From Basidiobolus meristosporus CBS 931.73 (lineage: Eukaryota > Fungi > Basidiobolomycota), in assembly GCA_002104905.1 (NCBI GenBank), contig MCFE01000097.1:1-64000 (forward strand): a stretch of DNA of 64,000 nt. Reading direction: 5' to 3'. Positions 48,341 to 59,452 of this stretch are shown one piece after another. Each line of letters begins with the position of its first letter. Positions within the stretch are counted from its first letter, which is position 1. A program made the position numbers and the translations under genes. The notes under the pieces are model-generated. The model was given only the letters and a program-made list of their open reading frames with translations. It made no database searches and was not told the origin of the DNA.

Positions 48341-50239
48341 TTAGGCAGCACAGGCGATATGTCCATGTTCGAAAGGTACGGAGCTCAGACAATGATGAGT
48401 CAGTAATTTCTTGAGTCTATAGTTGGACATCTGATCACCTGAAGAGGCGGCGCGCTGAAACCACACGGCGGCTTCTTCTAGGTTGGCCTCCATCCCAATG
48501 CCTTTCTCAAGGCAATTACCCAGGTGGTATTGTGCCGAGACGTAGCCCTGTTCAGCGGCGCGACGGAACCAATACACAGCCGAGGTGGGTATACGCTTGG
48601 TACCAAAGCCATACTGAAGACACAGACCGAGCTTGTCCTGAGCACGAGGGTGATCTTGCTGTGCTGCCTTGTAGTACCAGTGAACAGCATTCTCCTCATT
48701 TTTTTCCACGCCAATGCCACTTTGATAGCAGTAACCGATGTTGCATTGAGCCCAAGGATTACCTTGCTCCGCAGAGCGCATGTACCAGTAGACCGCCTTC
48801 TTCAGATCTCGCTCAACACCGCAACCTTCTTCGTAACAGAACCCAAGGGAGTTCTGAGCAATGACATTTCCTTGTTCAGAGGCACAACGGAACCATTTGA
48901 CTGCCTCCTTATCATCCCTCTTGGTTCCCAAACCATTACGATAGCAAAGACCTAAAGAGAGCTGGGCAGGGGCATGGTTCTTGTAAGCAGCCAAGGTGTA
49001 CATGTAAACGGCATTCTCCAGATCAACCTCGACACCTACACCATTCTGATAGCAGTACCCGAGAGAATGAAGGGCGAAAATATTTCCTTGGCCAGCTGAG
49101 GCGTTGTACCATTTGACTGCCTCTTTCTCGTTCTTCTCTACGCCAATGCCGTTTTGGAAACAAAAGCCAAGGTTGTGCTGGGCTCGAGCGTGGCCTTGGA
49201 GTGCGGCCCGACGGTACCAATAGGCGCCTTTGGTCTCATCTTTCACAACGCCGATTCCATTCTGGTAGCAGTAACCGAGGTTACACTCAGCCCAAGGATA
49301 GCCTTGCTCTGCGGAACGGGTGTACCACCTGGCGGCTTCCACTTCGTTCCTTTCCAAACCAATGCCGTCCTCATAACAGTAGCCAAGAGAGTTTTGAGCG
49401 AAGGCGTTTCCTTGCTCGGCGGAAAGTCTATACCATCTGACGGCCTCAACGACATCTCGCTCAACACCGATGCCATCTTCGTAGCAGTAGCCGACGTTGT
49501 AGATGGCCACAGATTCGCCTTGCTCAGCTGCGCGTCTGTACCATCTCATCGCCTCCACCTCATCCTTGGCTACACCGAAGCCTTCGCCATAGCAGTACCC
49601 CAAAATCCCTTGACCACGGGGATGGCCCTGCTCAGCAGACTTCTTGTACCATTTGTAGGCCTCGTGGGGATCTTTGGAAACGCCGATCCCGTCGTGGTAA
49701 CAGACACCAAGGCAGTATTGGGCAGCGGAGTGATTTTCGAGAATAGAGGCATCCAGCAACCAGGAGATTCCGGACTTGCCAAGCTTCTCCACTCGCTGCT
49801 GCCACATGTCGGCTTCGGCCCAATCGATCTTCACGTTGGGTCGACCGTACTTGCGCAGGAAAGCCAACCTAGCTTGGGATAAGCCGTCACCAAACTCAGC
49901 AGCCTTGAGGTAATACTCCTCGGCCAGTTTGAAGTCTCGGACGACACCCAAACCGAACTCGTAGCAGAAGGCCAGTAGCCCGATGGACTGATGATAGCCA
50001 TGCTCCACGGATTTCTCGAAATACTCCACCGCTTTCGCCTCGTTGAGTGGGAAGTTTTGGCGTCCAAATAAGTAGTGCTCACCCAGGGTGAACAGACGGT
50101 GTCCCTCGTTAAGGCGGGTCGAGGGGGGCTGGACCAACTTGCTGACCATGTTGTGTGTGCGAATTGAGCCGGGCTTTTTGTGAATACGATGTAGTAGCTT
50201 CTTGGATCTAGTGACTAGGAAAGAAGACAGGGCAGCCAT
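48341..50239 (-). CDS. Sel1-like repeat protein (~15 repeats, 12 contiguous 36-aa units), intronless, 632 aa
   Basis: Repeated AQxxLGxCYxxGxGVxxDxxxAxxWYxxAAEQG. Start taken at MAALSS. Confidence 0.93.
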   Translation of the reverse strand: MAALSSFLVTRSKKLLHRIHKKPGSIRTHNMVSKLVQPPSTRLNEGHRLFTLGEHYLFGRQNFPLNEAKAVEYFEKSVEHGYHQSIGLLAFCYEFGLGVVRDFKLAEEYYLKAAEFGDGLSQARLAFLRKYGRPNVKIDWAEADMWQQRVEKLGKSGISWLLDASILENHSAAQYCLGVCYHDGIGVSKDPHEAYKWYKKSAEQGHPRGQGILGYCYGEGFGVAKDEVEAMRWYRRAAEQGESVAIYNVGYCYEDGIGVERDVVEAVRWYRLSAEQGNAFAQNSLGYCYEDGIGLERNEVEAARWYTRSAEQGYPWAECNLGYCYQNGIGVVKDETKGAYWYRRAALQGHARAQHNLGFCFQNGIGVEKNEKEAVKWYNASAGQGNIFALHSLGYCYQNGVGVEVDLENAVYMYTLAAYKNHAPAQLSLGLCYRNGLGTKRDDKEAVKWFRCASEQGNVIAQNSLGFCYEEGCGVERDLKKAVYWYMRSAEQGNPWAQCNIGYCYQSGIGVEKNEENAVHWYYKAAQQDHPRAQDKLGLCLQYGFGTKRIPTSAVYWFRRAAEQGYVSAQYHLGNCLEKGIGMEANLEEAAVWFQRAASSGDQMSNYRLKKLLTHHCLSSVPFEHGHIACAA

Positions 50240-51447
50240 TACGAAGTGTAAGAGCAAACTTATGTGGTACGTGCGAGCACAATTATTTGGATAGGTAGGG
50301 TCAGTTTTCAAGCAAGGAGCCAGTCTATGCTAAAGGGAGAGAGTTGGGGGAAGTGCAGTGGAATTGAACAGCAGTTCAGGCTCTTCTATAAAGGAGCAGA
50401 TTCCAAAGTAAGACAAAATTTAAGAAGGGGTAGAGGGGTAATTAAGAATCTGGCCAACTAGGGAGGTTCAAGTGAAACCAGGGTTGGTTGATGAATATAA
50501 AAACTCTAAGCAAGGTCAAGGGGAGTAGCCAGGATGATTAGTTCTTAAATAATTAAAGACATGTACCGGTTGAAGGCAGTCGAGTGGTCCGGATTTTTTT
50601 CAATTTTTTGCCACTTGATTAGAGGTCAATTTCGAGCTTCGGCTTCTCTTAGCTAAATTCGTTGGCCCACTCAAATATCGTAGATTGGGATTGGACTGGG
50701 AACCGTCCAATATGTTGCCATCGCTAGGAAATCCACCACTAAATTAGTCGCTACAATTTAATTAGACGAAGGAAGGACTGTGTCGAAGGTTCAGCAGGAA
50801 TTCCATCTTAGGAAATGATTGGAGAAAATGATCGCGATTGAAACCAGTCAAGCTCCCATTTCTCGGTGTATTGGCCCAGTTGGCCTCATCCCTGACTAGA
50901 TGGAGGTTACATGACGCAAAGTGAGGTTCTGTTCTGCTGCCACATTGATCGCTACTGTCCATCGTCTCTTCGTTAGAGGTGTAAGGACGATAGTGCCTCG
51001 GGGAGTCTGGAATCTCCTACCTCAGAGGCCTCCATTGCCTGTGGAAAGGGAAGGGGAAGGTGTATATTTGATTGGCCATAAGTGGAGATTTCGACAGCCT
51101 CGTGGCCATCAAAATGGGGAGGGCCTGAAGCTTATAACCGTCGTATCACATTAAAGGTATTAGAGATGCACACCAATCCCGATCAGATGGATCACAGCGC
51201 TTGCCGATAGAAGCTCTTCCTAGGAATTCATGATGCAAATTGGCCGTCCAGTGCCGCCCAATGATCAGTTAATTCGGTCATAGATTTCCCCACGCAATGA
51301 TCTATCCACCAGAAATCCATTACATTTGCCAGCCAGTGCCTATTTATACCGACCCCTCTCCAGATATGGTGCGAGGCGGAGACGATTGGCTAGGGCTGGT
51401 GCTAACCATATCCACTTGCCACATGGCCTGCCTATTGAAATGACTTG

Positions 51448-51931
51448 ATGTTACAACCGTTGTTAGAAATTGATCCGTTGCAGGGAGTACTGATTTGTAA
51501 ATGCATGTTGATTTGCTGAGTTGATTTATTACTCATATGCTTACAATATTAATGTAGTTTGCCTTTCTACGGAAAGAGCAGCCCTTGGTCAAGCGGGCAC
51601 GGCCACCAGTAGGCTGGCAAAGAACCGTGCCACAGGTCCTGCAGAGAACAACGGTCTGCACATGACCGAAAATGGTGATGATATTGAAACAACCACGCCA
51701 TTTGACCTACATGAGGTGTGAGTTGGGGGACTGCACCAATCTCTTCGTTTGGAGGTGTTCTCGTGCTCCACCGATGGGTTCAAAAGATCAACTGCTAACT
51801 ACAGTAAAGAAAGTATCAGCACACCGCACGCCGATCCTCAACAGCTTCGAACACCCTTTCATCAGTTAAACACTGCCCTACGGTTGATATTCTCACGCAA
51901 TCAATGGAAGCCAACTTACCACCATGCTTAA
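51448..51931 (+). CDS. Hypothetical 111-aa orphan protein (3-exon model)
   Basis: Exons 51448-51496, 51558-51717 and 51805-51931 join in frame. The second intron has GTGAGT...CTAAC...TACAG; the first is weaker. No recognisable homology. Confidence 0.25.
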
Positions 51932-52207
51932 TGCTGGGATAAATGAAACCCAAAGCACGAGTGACGAAGGGGAGCTGGCGAATTTTCATTTGGCAGAAAC
52001 ATATCACTATGGAGAATTTTCCAAGATTCACCACAGCTTACCTTGTGGGTTTTATTGATTACAGCATGCATGCATGCTTTGACTATGGTTAGAGAAGAAC
52101 AGATAGTTGATACACGTCGGGTTTCGAGCGAATGGGTGGGAGTTGCTTAATATTATTGAAATGGCTAGAAGAAAGCTGAGGGTGGTGGAGACCACTGGGC
52201 GCTGGAG

Positions 52208-53130
52208 TTAGCCAATAGTCCCACTATTCTCCATCTCGCAGATTAGTTCTGCTAAAGGCTGGATCTCCTTTTTGTCGAGCAAATCAAACTCCTTGGCGAA
52301 GGTCATGAAATGCCCAAATAGAGATTGAAAGTGCCCTTCTGCACACAAGTGCAACAAAGGCTCATAATGACAATGGAACATGTGAGCGAACACTCGGAAT
52401 AGCTGCTTGGTAATCATCCGAATGGTCAGTGAGAAGTCTCGTGGAAATTCACGGCCTGTTGATAGATTGGTGAGTGTTCAGCAGTACTCTTGCCAGGCTC
52501 AAGGAAAGAACGTACCGGCCTTGGTTGGGAACACATTTTCATCGTTCAACATGTTCTGTATCCACGACATAACATAATCGATATATTGTGGTGCTGGTAG
52601 CTTGACACTTTTCTTCTGAGAATCAACCCAAGTGTACTCCACTCTAAAAGGCGAGGCTTCGTGAGAAATGGGTCTGGTTGGTATCATCAATAGTAAATGC
52701 ATCCTACCCTGGTCCAGCCGACATGGTTGAACAATCTCTCATGGTGCAGAAATCGCTTATGGACCCGTAAAACAGGTTCAGATAGTTGAAAAAGTCGAAG
52801 ACTAAGAAGAGAGCATTTCGTTAGGCGAGCGAGACTTGGGGAGAGTCTTTTACCCTTAAACCAAACCGTTTACAGCCAACCACTCATTTTCATCTACGTA
52901 TTTCGGGAGTGCCACGATTGGCTTGAAGCTTCCTTTTACTAAAGAGGAATGAACGAATGGAGAAGACAGGAATAGTGGGCGTGGGGTCGGCGTGTTTGGC
53001 CGTTTGACTTTGTTTTTGGATGTGAGTTTGCTGGTTTCAAAAGATTCATCAATAACTGGTTGGATGATGTCCTCCGAGGAATGTATTTATGTATATATCT
53101 ATATGTATACCTGATGTTGAAAAAGCTCAT
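52208..53130 (-). CDS. MOB2: MOB kinase activator, Mob2 type (5 exons)
   Basis: Spliced [78 protein letters not shown]. Confidence 0.9.
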
Positions 53131-53596
53131 AGGCAGTACACGCTATTGGCAAGATGGGTTGTTGTGTGTCGGACGCCGCAACAATTTGCTTCAGGCTACC
53201 AAGGTTTCGGAGTTGATGGAGAAAGTGGTAAGGAAATTTGATGGAGATGGTGCAAAGAGGATAAAAAGACAACTATGGGGTGTGGGTATAATATATGTGA
53301 GACTGGAGATCCGAAAGAAAAAAGGGAATGCTTTGGTAATCTATGAACTGGTTCACAAGGGCTGAGAAAAGAAAGGAACAAGCAGATATAACAATCGTCA
53401 TGCAATCCAAGGCTGAGGGTATGTCCATCTGAGCGATTAATCAATTGTATTTATTTTCATGATTAAGTTGGTTTAGACAGTTGGGAGAATCAACATTTAT
53501 TGATACTACAGTAAAATAATAACAAAATGGGGGAAATATGCGATGGATACTATGATTTAGTGCTGAGGAGGGATAGGTTGTGGCTGAGGAATGTAC

Positions 53597-55098
53597 TTAG
53601 ATTTGGCCACCATTAGGGTTGAGAATATTACGGAAGAAGCCGGGGCCATGCCAGATGCCCTTCAGTATTCCATTCCAATAGAATTCGGGAAGGAGGTGGG
53701 CGGTAAGGTGGAACATTGAGCTTCTCTCCACTGCCTGATTGACCGGGAAGGTTTCGAGGGGCTTAGAGGTGTAGCCACTGAACTCAGCTAGGACAAGCTT
53801 GTTCTTTCCAGTCACAAGTGGGCACGAGGTATAGCCGTCGTACTTGGCAGTCAACTCCTTACCAGCCATTGAAGATAGCAAATTACGCTTTACAACCTGG
53901 GACTCCGAGGTGATCGCTGCCGCAGTTTTACCAGTTGGGCAAGAAGAGCAGTCACCAAGGGAAAAGATGTTTGGGTATCTGGTGTGTTGAAGTGTGGAGG
54001 CATCAACATCAACCCAACCCGCCGCATCTGCAATAGGTGAGTTCTTAATGAAATCAGGTGCACCCATTGGTGGAGTCACATGGAGGAAATCGTAGTTGTA
54101 AATTTGTTCTTCGGTACCATTGGGTCCGGTCTTTTTGAATACTGCCTCCCGGTTTTCAGGTCTAATTTCGGTAAGCTCTGTTGTGGTATTGACGGCTATG
54201 CCTCTTTCTTGACAGATCTTGGATAAAGTCTTGGCATATTTATCGATACCAAAGAGTTTCCCGGTCGCTGTATTGTACATCACATTGGCTTTATCGCGGA
54301 CACCATTATGGCGGAATTGCTCTTCCGCTAAGTACATGATCTTCTGAGGAGCACCAGCACACTAACAGAGGTCACAATTTAGAGGCGGTTTTACGAAAAG
54401 CGTGTATTAATACGTACTTTGATTGTAGTGGAGGGCATAGTGAAGATGGCATTTCCACCCTTAAAGTTATTTATGAATTCCCAAGTTCGTTGAACGCTGT
54501 CAGCAGAGTAGTTACTAGTAACACAGTCTTTTCCAAGAGCCTCCTTGAGTCCCTTAATGTTTCCCCAGTTGATCTGGATACCGGCGGCAACAACCAAGTA
54601 ATCATAGCTGATTCTCTGGCCATCGCTCAAAACTACCACATTCTTTTCTGGTTCGAAGCCAGCAGCAGAGTTCTGAATCCAGTCAACTTCTTTGGACATA
54701 ACATCCTCCATCTTCTTCTTGGACTGATCGAAACTCTTGAGCCCGCCGCCAACGAAAGTCCATAATGGTTGATACTAATAGACGGCCAGGGTTAGTGTGA
54801 CCAGCGACGAACGTATCTCTGAGTGCACTTACATAATGAACACTTGAAGGTTCGATCACTGCAACATTCTTGCTACCCAATATTCTTGATAAGGTTGAAG
54901 AAACTGATATAACGATAGCTGTTTAGAGAAGAATGCTCGTAAAGTTGTTGATGTGCACCTGCATTTACCTGATAAGCCGCCAGGGCCGCCACCAACGACC
55001 ACTACCTTATACGAGGAATTGGCAGCAGTCGAAGCATAGTGACGGGTGAAGAGAGAACTCTGAGAATTGGGGAAACGGCTTAGGGTGGCTCTTAGCAT
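53597..55098 (-). CDS. SQOR: Mitochondrial sulfide:quinone oxidoreductase (Hmt2/SQOR), 4 exons
   Basis: Presequence-like N-terminus, VVGGGPGG, YQPLWTFVGGG, KCAGAPQKI, GDCS, GYTSCPLVTG; both catalytic Cys present. Confidence 0.95.
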
Positions 55099-55157
55099 GA
55101 TGAAGTCTCAAGCGCTCAAACTCCAAGTGATGCTCGACATTCATCAGGTAATGTCTC

Positions 55158-55164
55158 TTTTATA
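55158..55164 (-). promoter_or_regulatory. Candidate TATA box of SQOR
   Basis: TATAAAA ~60 bp upstream of the ATG. Confidence 0.4.
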
Positions 55165-56202
55165 CCTGGAAGCTAGCATACCCAGGTAACACAAGAAAAA
55201 TTCACACCATATTGAGTGTTTGCGCAAAGTGGCATCATATTAGCCAATGTGGGGTATACTACTTCGGAGCGTTCACAATTATAGAAATTAACCTAAGAGG
55301 ATGATGTTTTATTTTTCAGCCTTTACAAGCGTATAGTTTGTGTATCCATGATTACTATAAGGTTATATGAATATCCCTCGACCCATATATGGCTGCTCAC
55401 AGATATCCCTCCTTGTTTATTTTAAGGAAAGCACTCACGAGTCCTCCCGTCAAGTTGTGGATATTTCCTTCAATTTGAGAAGGCTAGACCTTGCATTTCA
55501 CGTGCGAGCAGATTCCCCTCCGAAATCAAACATGTACATTCTTTTTGTAACTAACATTGCTTTCGGCAAAAGTGATCCCGTTGGATTTCAAGTCCTTGAA
55601 TTAAACTCTTGCCTCCCTATTCGTCAATTAGACCGGATAAATTGGTCGCTTAGATCACTCAGCAGTAAATTGGGGAATCGGCATATGTGAGAAGTAATAA
55701 CTTGTCACCCACCACCCGTGCCAACATTACTAATGATGGTGAGCTTCAGATAAATATTCAAGGGCTTAAAGGATTCCAGTTGGCATGGATTTTCAAGGGG
55801 CTCGATATATCAGCGTATGTCCTCACCAACATATCTGCATCATTACTGAATCACCAGCATATCCGTATCATTACTGAATAGTTTGCTCCATCTATGGTTG
55901 ATCAGATGTTAAATTGTTGAAAATAACATGAAATCGGATAAACTAAAGCAGAATGTCGAGTATACCTGGCGTATAGATTCCGCAATCAATTGCGCCCCCA
56001 ACTATACTGGATAGCTTTGACCATTCGCGACAACGTGATCATCAGGTTCTGACTCTGGGATTCAGAATGTATATTTATATGAAACCACATTGACAGGTGC
56101 CAATTGCTGATCATACATGCTAATGTATGCAAGCTCTTGTACCAAAGTGCACCTTACACCTTTATTCGTTTTATCCTGGTTGAGATAAATTGCCAAGATT
56201 AC

Positions 56203-56208
56203 TATAAA
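56203..56208 (+). promoter_or_regulatory. Candidate TATA box
   Basis: TATAAA ~55 bp upstream of ATG 56259. Confidence 0.4.
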
Positions 56209-56258
56209 TTAACACACTACGCTAAGTTCACTCCAACCAATTCCCTAAACACCACAAC

Positions 56259-56933
56259 ATGAAAGACACCACTCTCAAGATGTCGATAACACTAATTGGC
56301 TTAAGTTCCTTTTTTGGTCATGCGAACAGCTTCAGTGTTGTGAATTCTGTCAAGCAACAGGCATTCAGTATGATGGATCTCTCCTTCCCACCACTGACCC
56401 AACCAACGAGCCATTTCGCTGATGGAATTCACAATCCCAGTCTGAAGTGCCAATCGGCCATTCTGGTGGCTAGCCAAAGTTACCCAAATTTAAATACGTG
56501 CTTCTCACAAATGCCCCTGTTCTTTTCGACACTGGATGATGTGTGCAAGTCTGAGTGTTTGCAGGACACCATCAGTGGCGCAAAATTGGTTACAGAGAAC
56601 TGTGATCCTCCTAGTTTAGACTCCAATAGTCAAAGAGTATATAACTCCTGGGCCAATAAGGATGCAGCTACTGTAGCGTGTGAGGAGGTTGATGGGTCAC
56701 ACTGCCTCTCCAAAGTCATTCGGGCAGGAGTAGCGTTAGAGAACAACTCCGTCAGGCGCGACCCAATGCCACAGGAGGAGCTCAAGAGGGCCATCTGCCT
56801 GCCTTGCACTGAACAATTCTACAAGGCAGTCAAAAAACCTGGAAATGAGCCGGTGCTGTATTATTATCAAATAATGGATCCACAGAAACTGTTCACCGCT
56901 TTCGAGGAGTATTGTGGGTACAGAGCTGAATAA
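56259..56933 (+). CDS. Secreted cysteine-rich protein of unknown function, 224 aa
   Basis: Uninterrupted ORF, hydrophobic N-terminus, 10 Cys, no obvious C-terminal GPI/TM segment. Confidence 0.8.
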   Translation: MKDTTLKMSITLIGLSSFFGHANSFSVVNSVKQQAFSMMDLSFPPLTQPTSHFADGIHNPSLKCQSAILVASQSYPNLNTCFSQMPLFFSTLDDVCKSECLQDTISGAKLVTENCDPPSLDSNSQRVYNSWANKDAATVACEEVDGSHCLSKVIRAGVALENNSVRRDPMPQEELKRAICLPCTEQFYKAVKKPGNEPVLYYYQIMDPQKLFTAFEEYCGYRAE

Positions 56934-57477
56934 CCGAATGCGAAGTGCATCGCAAGCGTAAGGTTGATGATTGAGACACCGCTTCATTTGAATAAAGCTA
57001 TTTTTTGTACACTGAGTTTGCGAGCACTGGTTATTCCCCACCCCTCCGAAGCTATATAGACGGTCTATTCGGTTTTCAATTATTTAGAAACAGTCACTGT
57101 TCCAATACATTTCTGAGTCCTATTATTATGTACTGGAAATTAGTATTCGATAATGCAATTTGCGCTGATTGCTATTTTTGCTTGAAAAGCAGGGTACACG
57201 GACAGTCTCTGTTGAGCATATTTTTGATAGTAATACCAATATTCATCACTCAAAGATTCGTAGATTCTATTTATCATTCTCAGACCTAGCGAATTAGCTA
57301 TTCCTACTTTTCGGAATGGCAGTTGCTGGGGTAACCTCATGTAAATATAGACCATGAAAGCTGACCAAATACTTGGTAATTGCTTATCAATCATAGCTCC
57401 AAATGGCTCGCCATTCTAAATCAGAATTTCATTTCCTCGCGACATAAAAATAGAGTCTTCCTTCGTCAAGACTTGAG

Positions 57478-57483
57478 TATAAA
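57478..57483 (+). promoter_or_regulatory. Candidate TATA box
   Basis: TATAAA ~70 bp upstream of ATG 57548. Confidence 0.4.
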
Positions 57484-57547
57484 GTGGCCAGCATGGTGGT
57501 GAACTTGCACTCAGACATTGATTTCCCTACATTCAGTTATACTACTA

Positions 57548-58627
57548 ATGATGTACAGAATAAGTTGCTTCGTTCTCCTATCTTTTGCTTCCACACTCGC
57601 GGTACAGGGGCAAGACACTGAGATGAAGACCCACACTTACCCTTTAGAAACAGTCACATGGTACATTGAGACTGAACTTGTCACTGGGACTATTCCTGCC
57701 CACACCCAAATAGCCTCGGTGTCAGCAGTCGCCTACACCGAAACTCTGAGTGGTGATACGATCATTGAAAATGCAGGCCGTTCGGATGTTACAAGAGCCA
57801 TTTCCCCAGAAACGGTCACTCGAGAAATACCTGGGACAGTGGTTGAGGATTCTCTGCAGTTGACCAGCATCACTAGAACCTTGTGGTCTTCGCAGTTTAC
57901 TGAAACACTTTCTGAACAAACAATTACCGAGTCCGATATTACCGATGACCTGAGTACGATAACTGGCCCAGCTACTAGTGGAGTGATTATTGGGACAGTT
58001 GTCGAAATGCTCTCCTCAAGACAAGTAATCAATACAATTCCGGGGCCAACCGTAACCAACTATATTGGAGTAGGTGATCCTTTGGTACAAACAAGTGCCG
58101 GGTCAGTAACCACTCAGTACAGCGCATACACCGAGTATATTGAAACGCTGGACTCCACCCTTGTAACTCGGGTTATCCCCACCTCATCTATAATGCGCCA
58201 GGTTACCATTAGCACCATCTCTTCCTCTGGCAGTGTAAGTGGCATCAGTAGCTCAAGAGGCCCTTCCGTTTCCCCCTCTGGTAGTGTAAGTGGCATCAGT
58301 AGCTCAAGAGGCCCTTCCGTTTCCCCCTCTGGTAGTGTAAGCGGTATCAGCAGCTCAAGAGGTCCTCCAGTCACCCCTACGGTGACAGTCACCTCGAATG
58401 TAACAACAACAACTACTGCGGGAGCGACCGTTAGCCAGACTACCACTGTACACAGTACCCTTGGGACTCAGCATGCAGGCAGTCTTACTCATTCGAGTGG
58501 TAGGTCAATCACCTCTTCCCCGTCCGGCACGAAATGCCCTACCCCATCGACGACTTGCAAGCCCAAGTCAATTAGATGCCACACCAAGCCTAAGCCCAAG
58601 CCCTCAAAGTGCCACACCGAACCCTAA
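57548..58627 (+). CDS. Secreted Ser/Thr-rich protein with 17-aa repeats and a basic Cys/Pro/Lys tail, 359 aa
   Basis: Signal-peptide-like MMYRISCFVLLSFASTLAVQG; long ORF. Confidence 0.8.
   Translation: MMYRISCFVLLSFASTLAVQGQDTEMKTHTYPLETVTWYIETELVTGTIPAHTQIASVSAVAYTETLSGDTIIENAGRSDVTRAISPETVTREIPGTVVEDSLQLTSITRTLWSSQFTETLSEQTITESDITDDLSTITGPATSGVIIGTVVEMLSSRQVINTIPGPTVTNYIGVGDPLVQTSAGSVTTQYSAYTEYIETLDSTLVTRVIPTSSIMRQVTISTISSSGSVSGISSSRGPSVSPSGSVSGISSSRGPSVSPSGSVSGISSSRGPPVTPTVTVTSNVTTTTTAGATVSQTTTVHSTLGTQHAGSLTHSSGRSITSSPSGTKCPTPSTTCKPKSIRCHTKPKPKPSKCHTEP
58226..58369 (+). repeat. Coding tandem repeat, ~2.8 x 51 bp (SGSVSGISSSRGPSVSP)
   Basis: Units start at 58226, 58277 and 58328. Confidence 0.95.
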
Positions 58628-58847
58628 GTCGACAAAGGAAAAACTTTATCGTATCGCAAATGGGATATTTTTAAGATTCAATAAAATAGTGTACTTGAAA
58701 ATGCGCAGTCGGTAATTTCCATCCAGCATATCAAGAGGTCTTTGCATGCATGCAAAAGGAGGTTTTTCTGTCAAGAAATTGGTCACTGAACTATTTATAA
58801 TCTGAGGAAGTCGCTTCCACGAGAATCCAGCCTCTCTTCCATTGACA

Positions 58848-59452
58848 ATGCTTTCCAAGTCCATACTCACCATTTCAGCCACATTCTTTTTCATTACTGC
58901 CAGTGCATTTTCGCCGGAGCGGTTGATTTGTATTGTTAATCGTGAGAGGGTCAATCGCGGACTCAGGCCGCTAGTACTCAGCAGGTAAATTCAGGCCAGC
59001 AGAAGGAGACAGTACATGTAAAAAATTAACGATCTATATCTGTAGTGAGCTGAACGATGTGTGCCAGCGTCATTCCCGGATGCAAGTCAAGTACAATCGG
59101 ATGACCCATGATAGATACGATCATTCATCAATGGATAAGGCAATCAATGAGCACGGCCTCAGGTGGACACAGTATGGCGAAAATGTCGCGCGTGGGCAAA
59201 CCAGTGAGGAGAGTGTGATGCGCGCATGGATGAATTCACCACGTAAGTGTTGAAGCTTCTCCCTTTCCTTCGATGACGATATCCTGTTGCATGTGTTTGG
59301 GAGCTAATCTGAATTATTGTCTAGCACACCGGCGGAACATTCTCAATCCTGGGTTTACCCATATGGGTGGGGCCTTGGGTCAGCCAGGATACTATTGGAC
59401 CCAAGGATTTGCCACTGTCCCAGGCCGCTACAACCCGCCAATTTGTCCATAG
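58848..59452 (+). CDS. Secreted CAP/SCP (PR-1/YkwD-like) protein, 3 exons
   Basis: Signal peptide, VNRERVNRGLRPL, RMTHD, YGENVARGQ, AWMNSPAHRRNILNPGFTHMG, YWTQGF. Candidate TATA at 58792-58800. Confidence 0.88.

Noticed and set aside
48341-48355. CaaX prenylation signal on the Sel1 protein (as in Chs4/Skt5)
   Set aside because: The protein ends IACAA*, so Cys is third from the end rather than fourth; no Chs4 call made.
40214-49882. Long antisense/overlapping ORFs (40312-40677, 42183-42593, 48524-48955, 49154-49882)
   Set aside because: They are shadows of GC-richer real genes on the opposite strand and show no motifs.
55300-56200. ORFs 55367-55690 and 55687-55881 and a 28-bp-period direct repeat near 55830-55880
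   Set aside because: No recognisable protein features; only two short repeat copies.
58646-58954. 102-aa minus-strand ORF
   Set aside because: Overlaps the promoter and first exon of the plus-strand CAP gene; no motifs.
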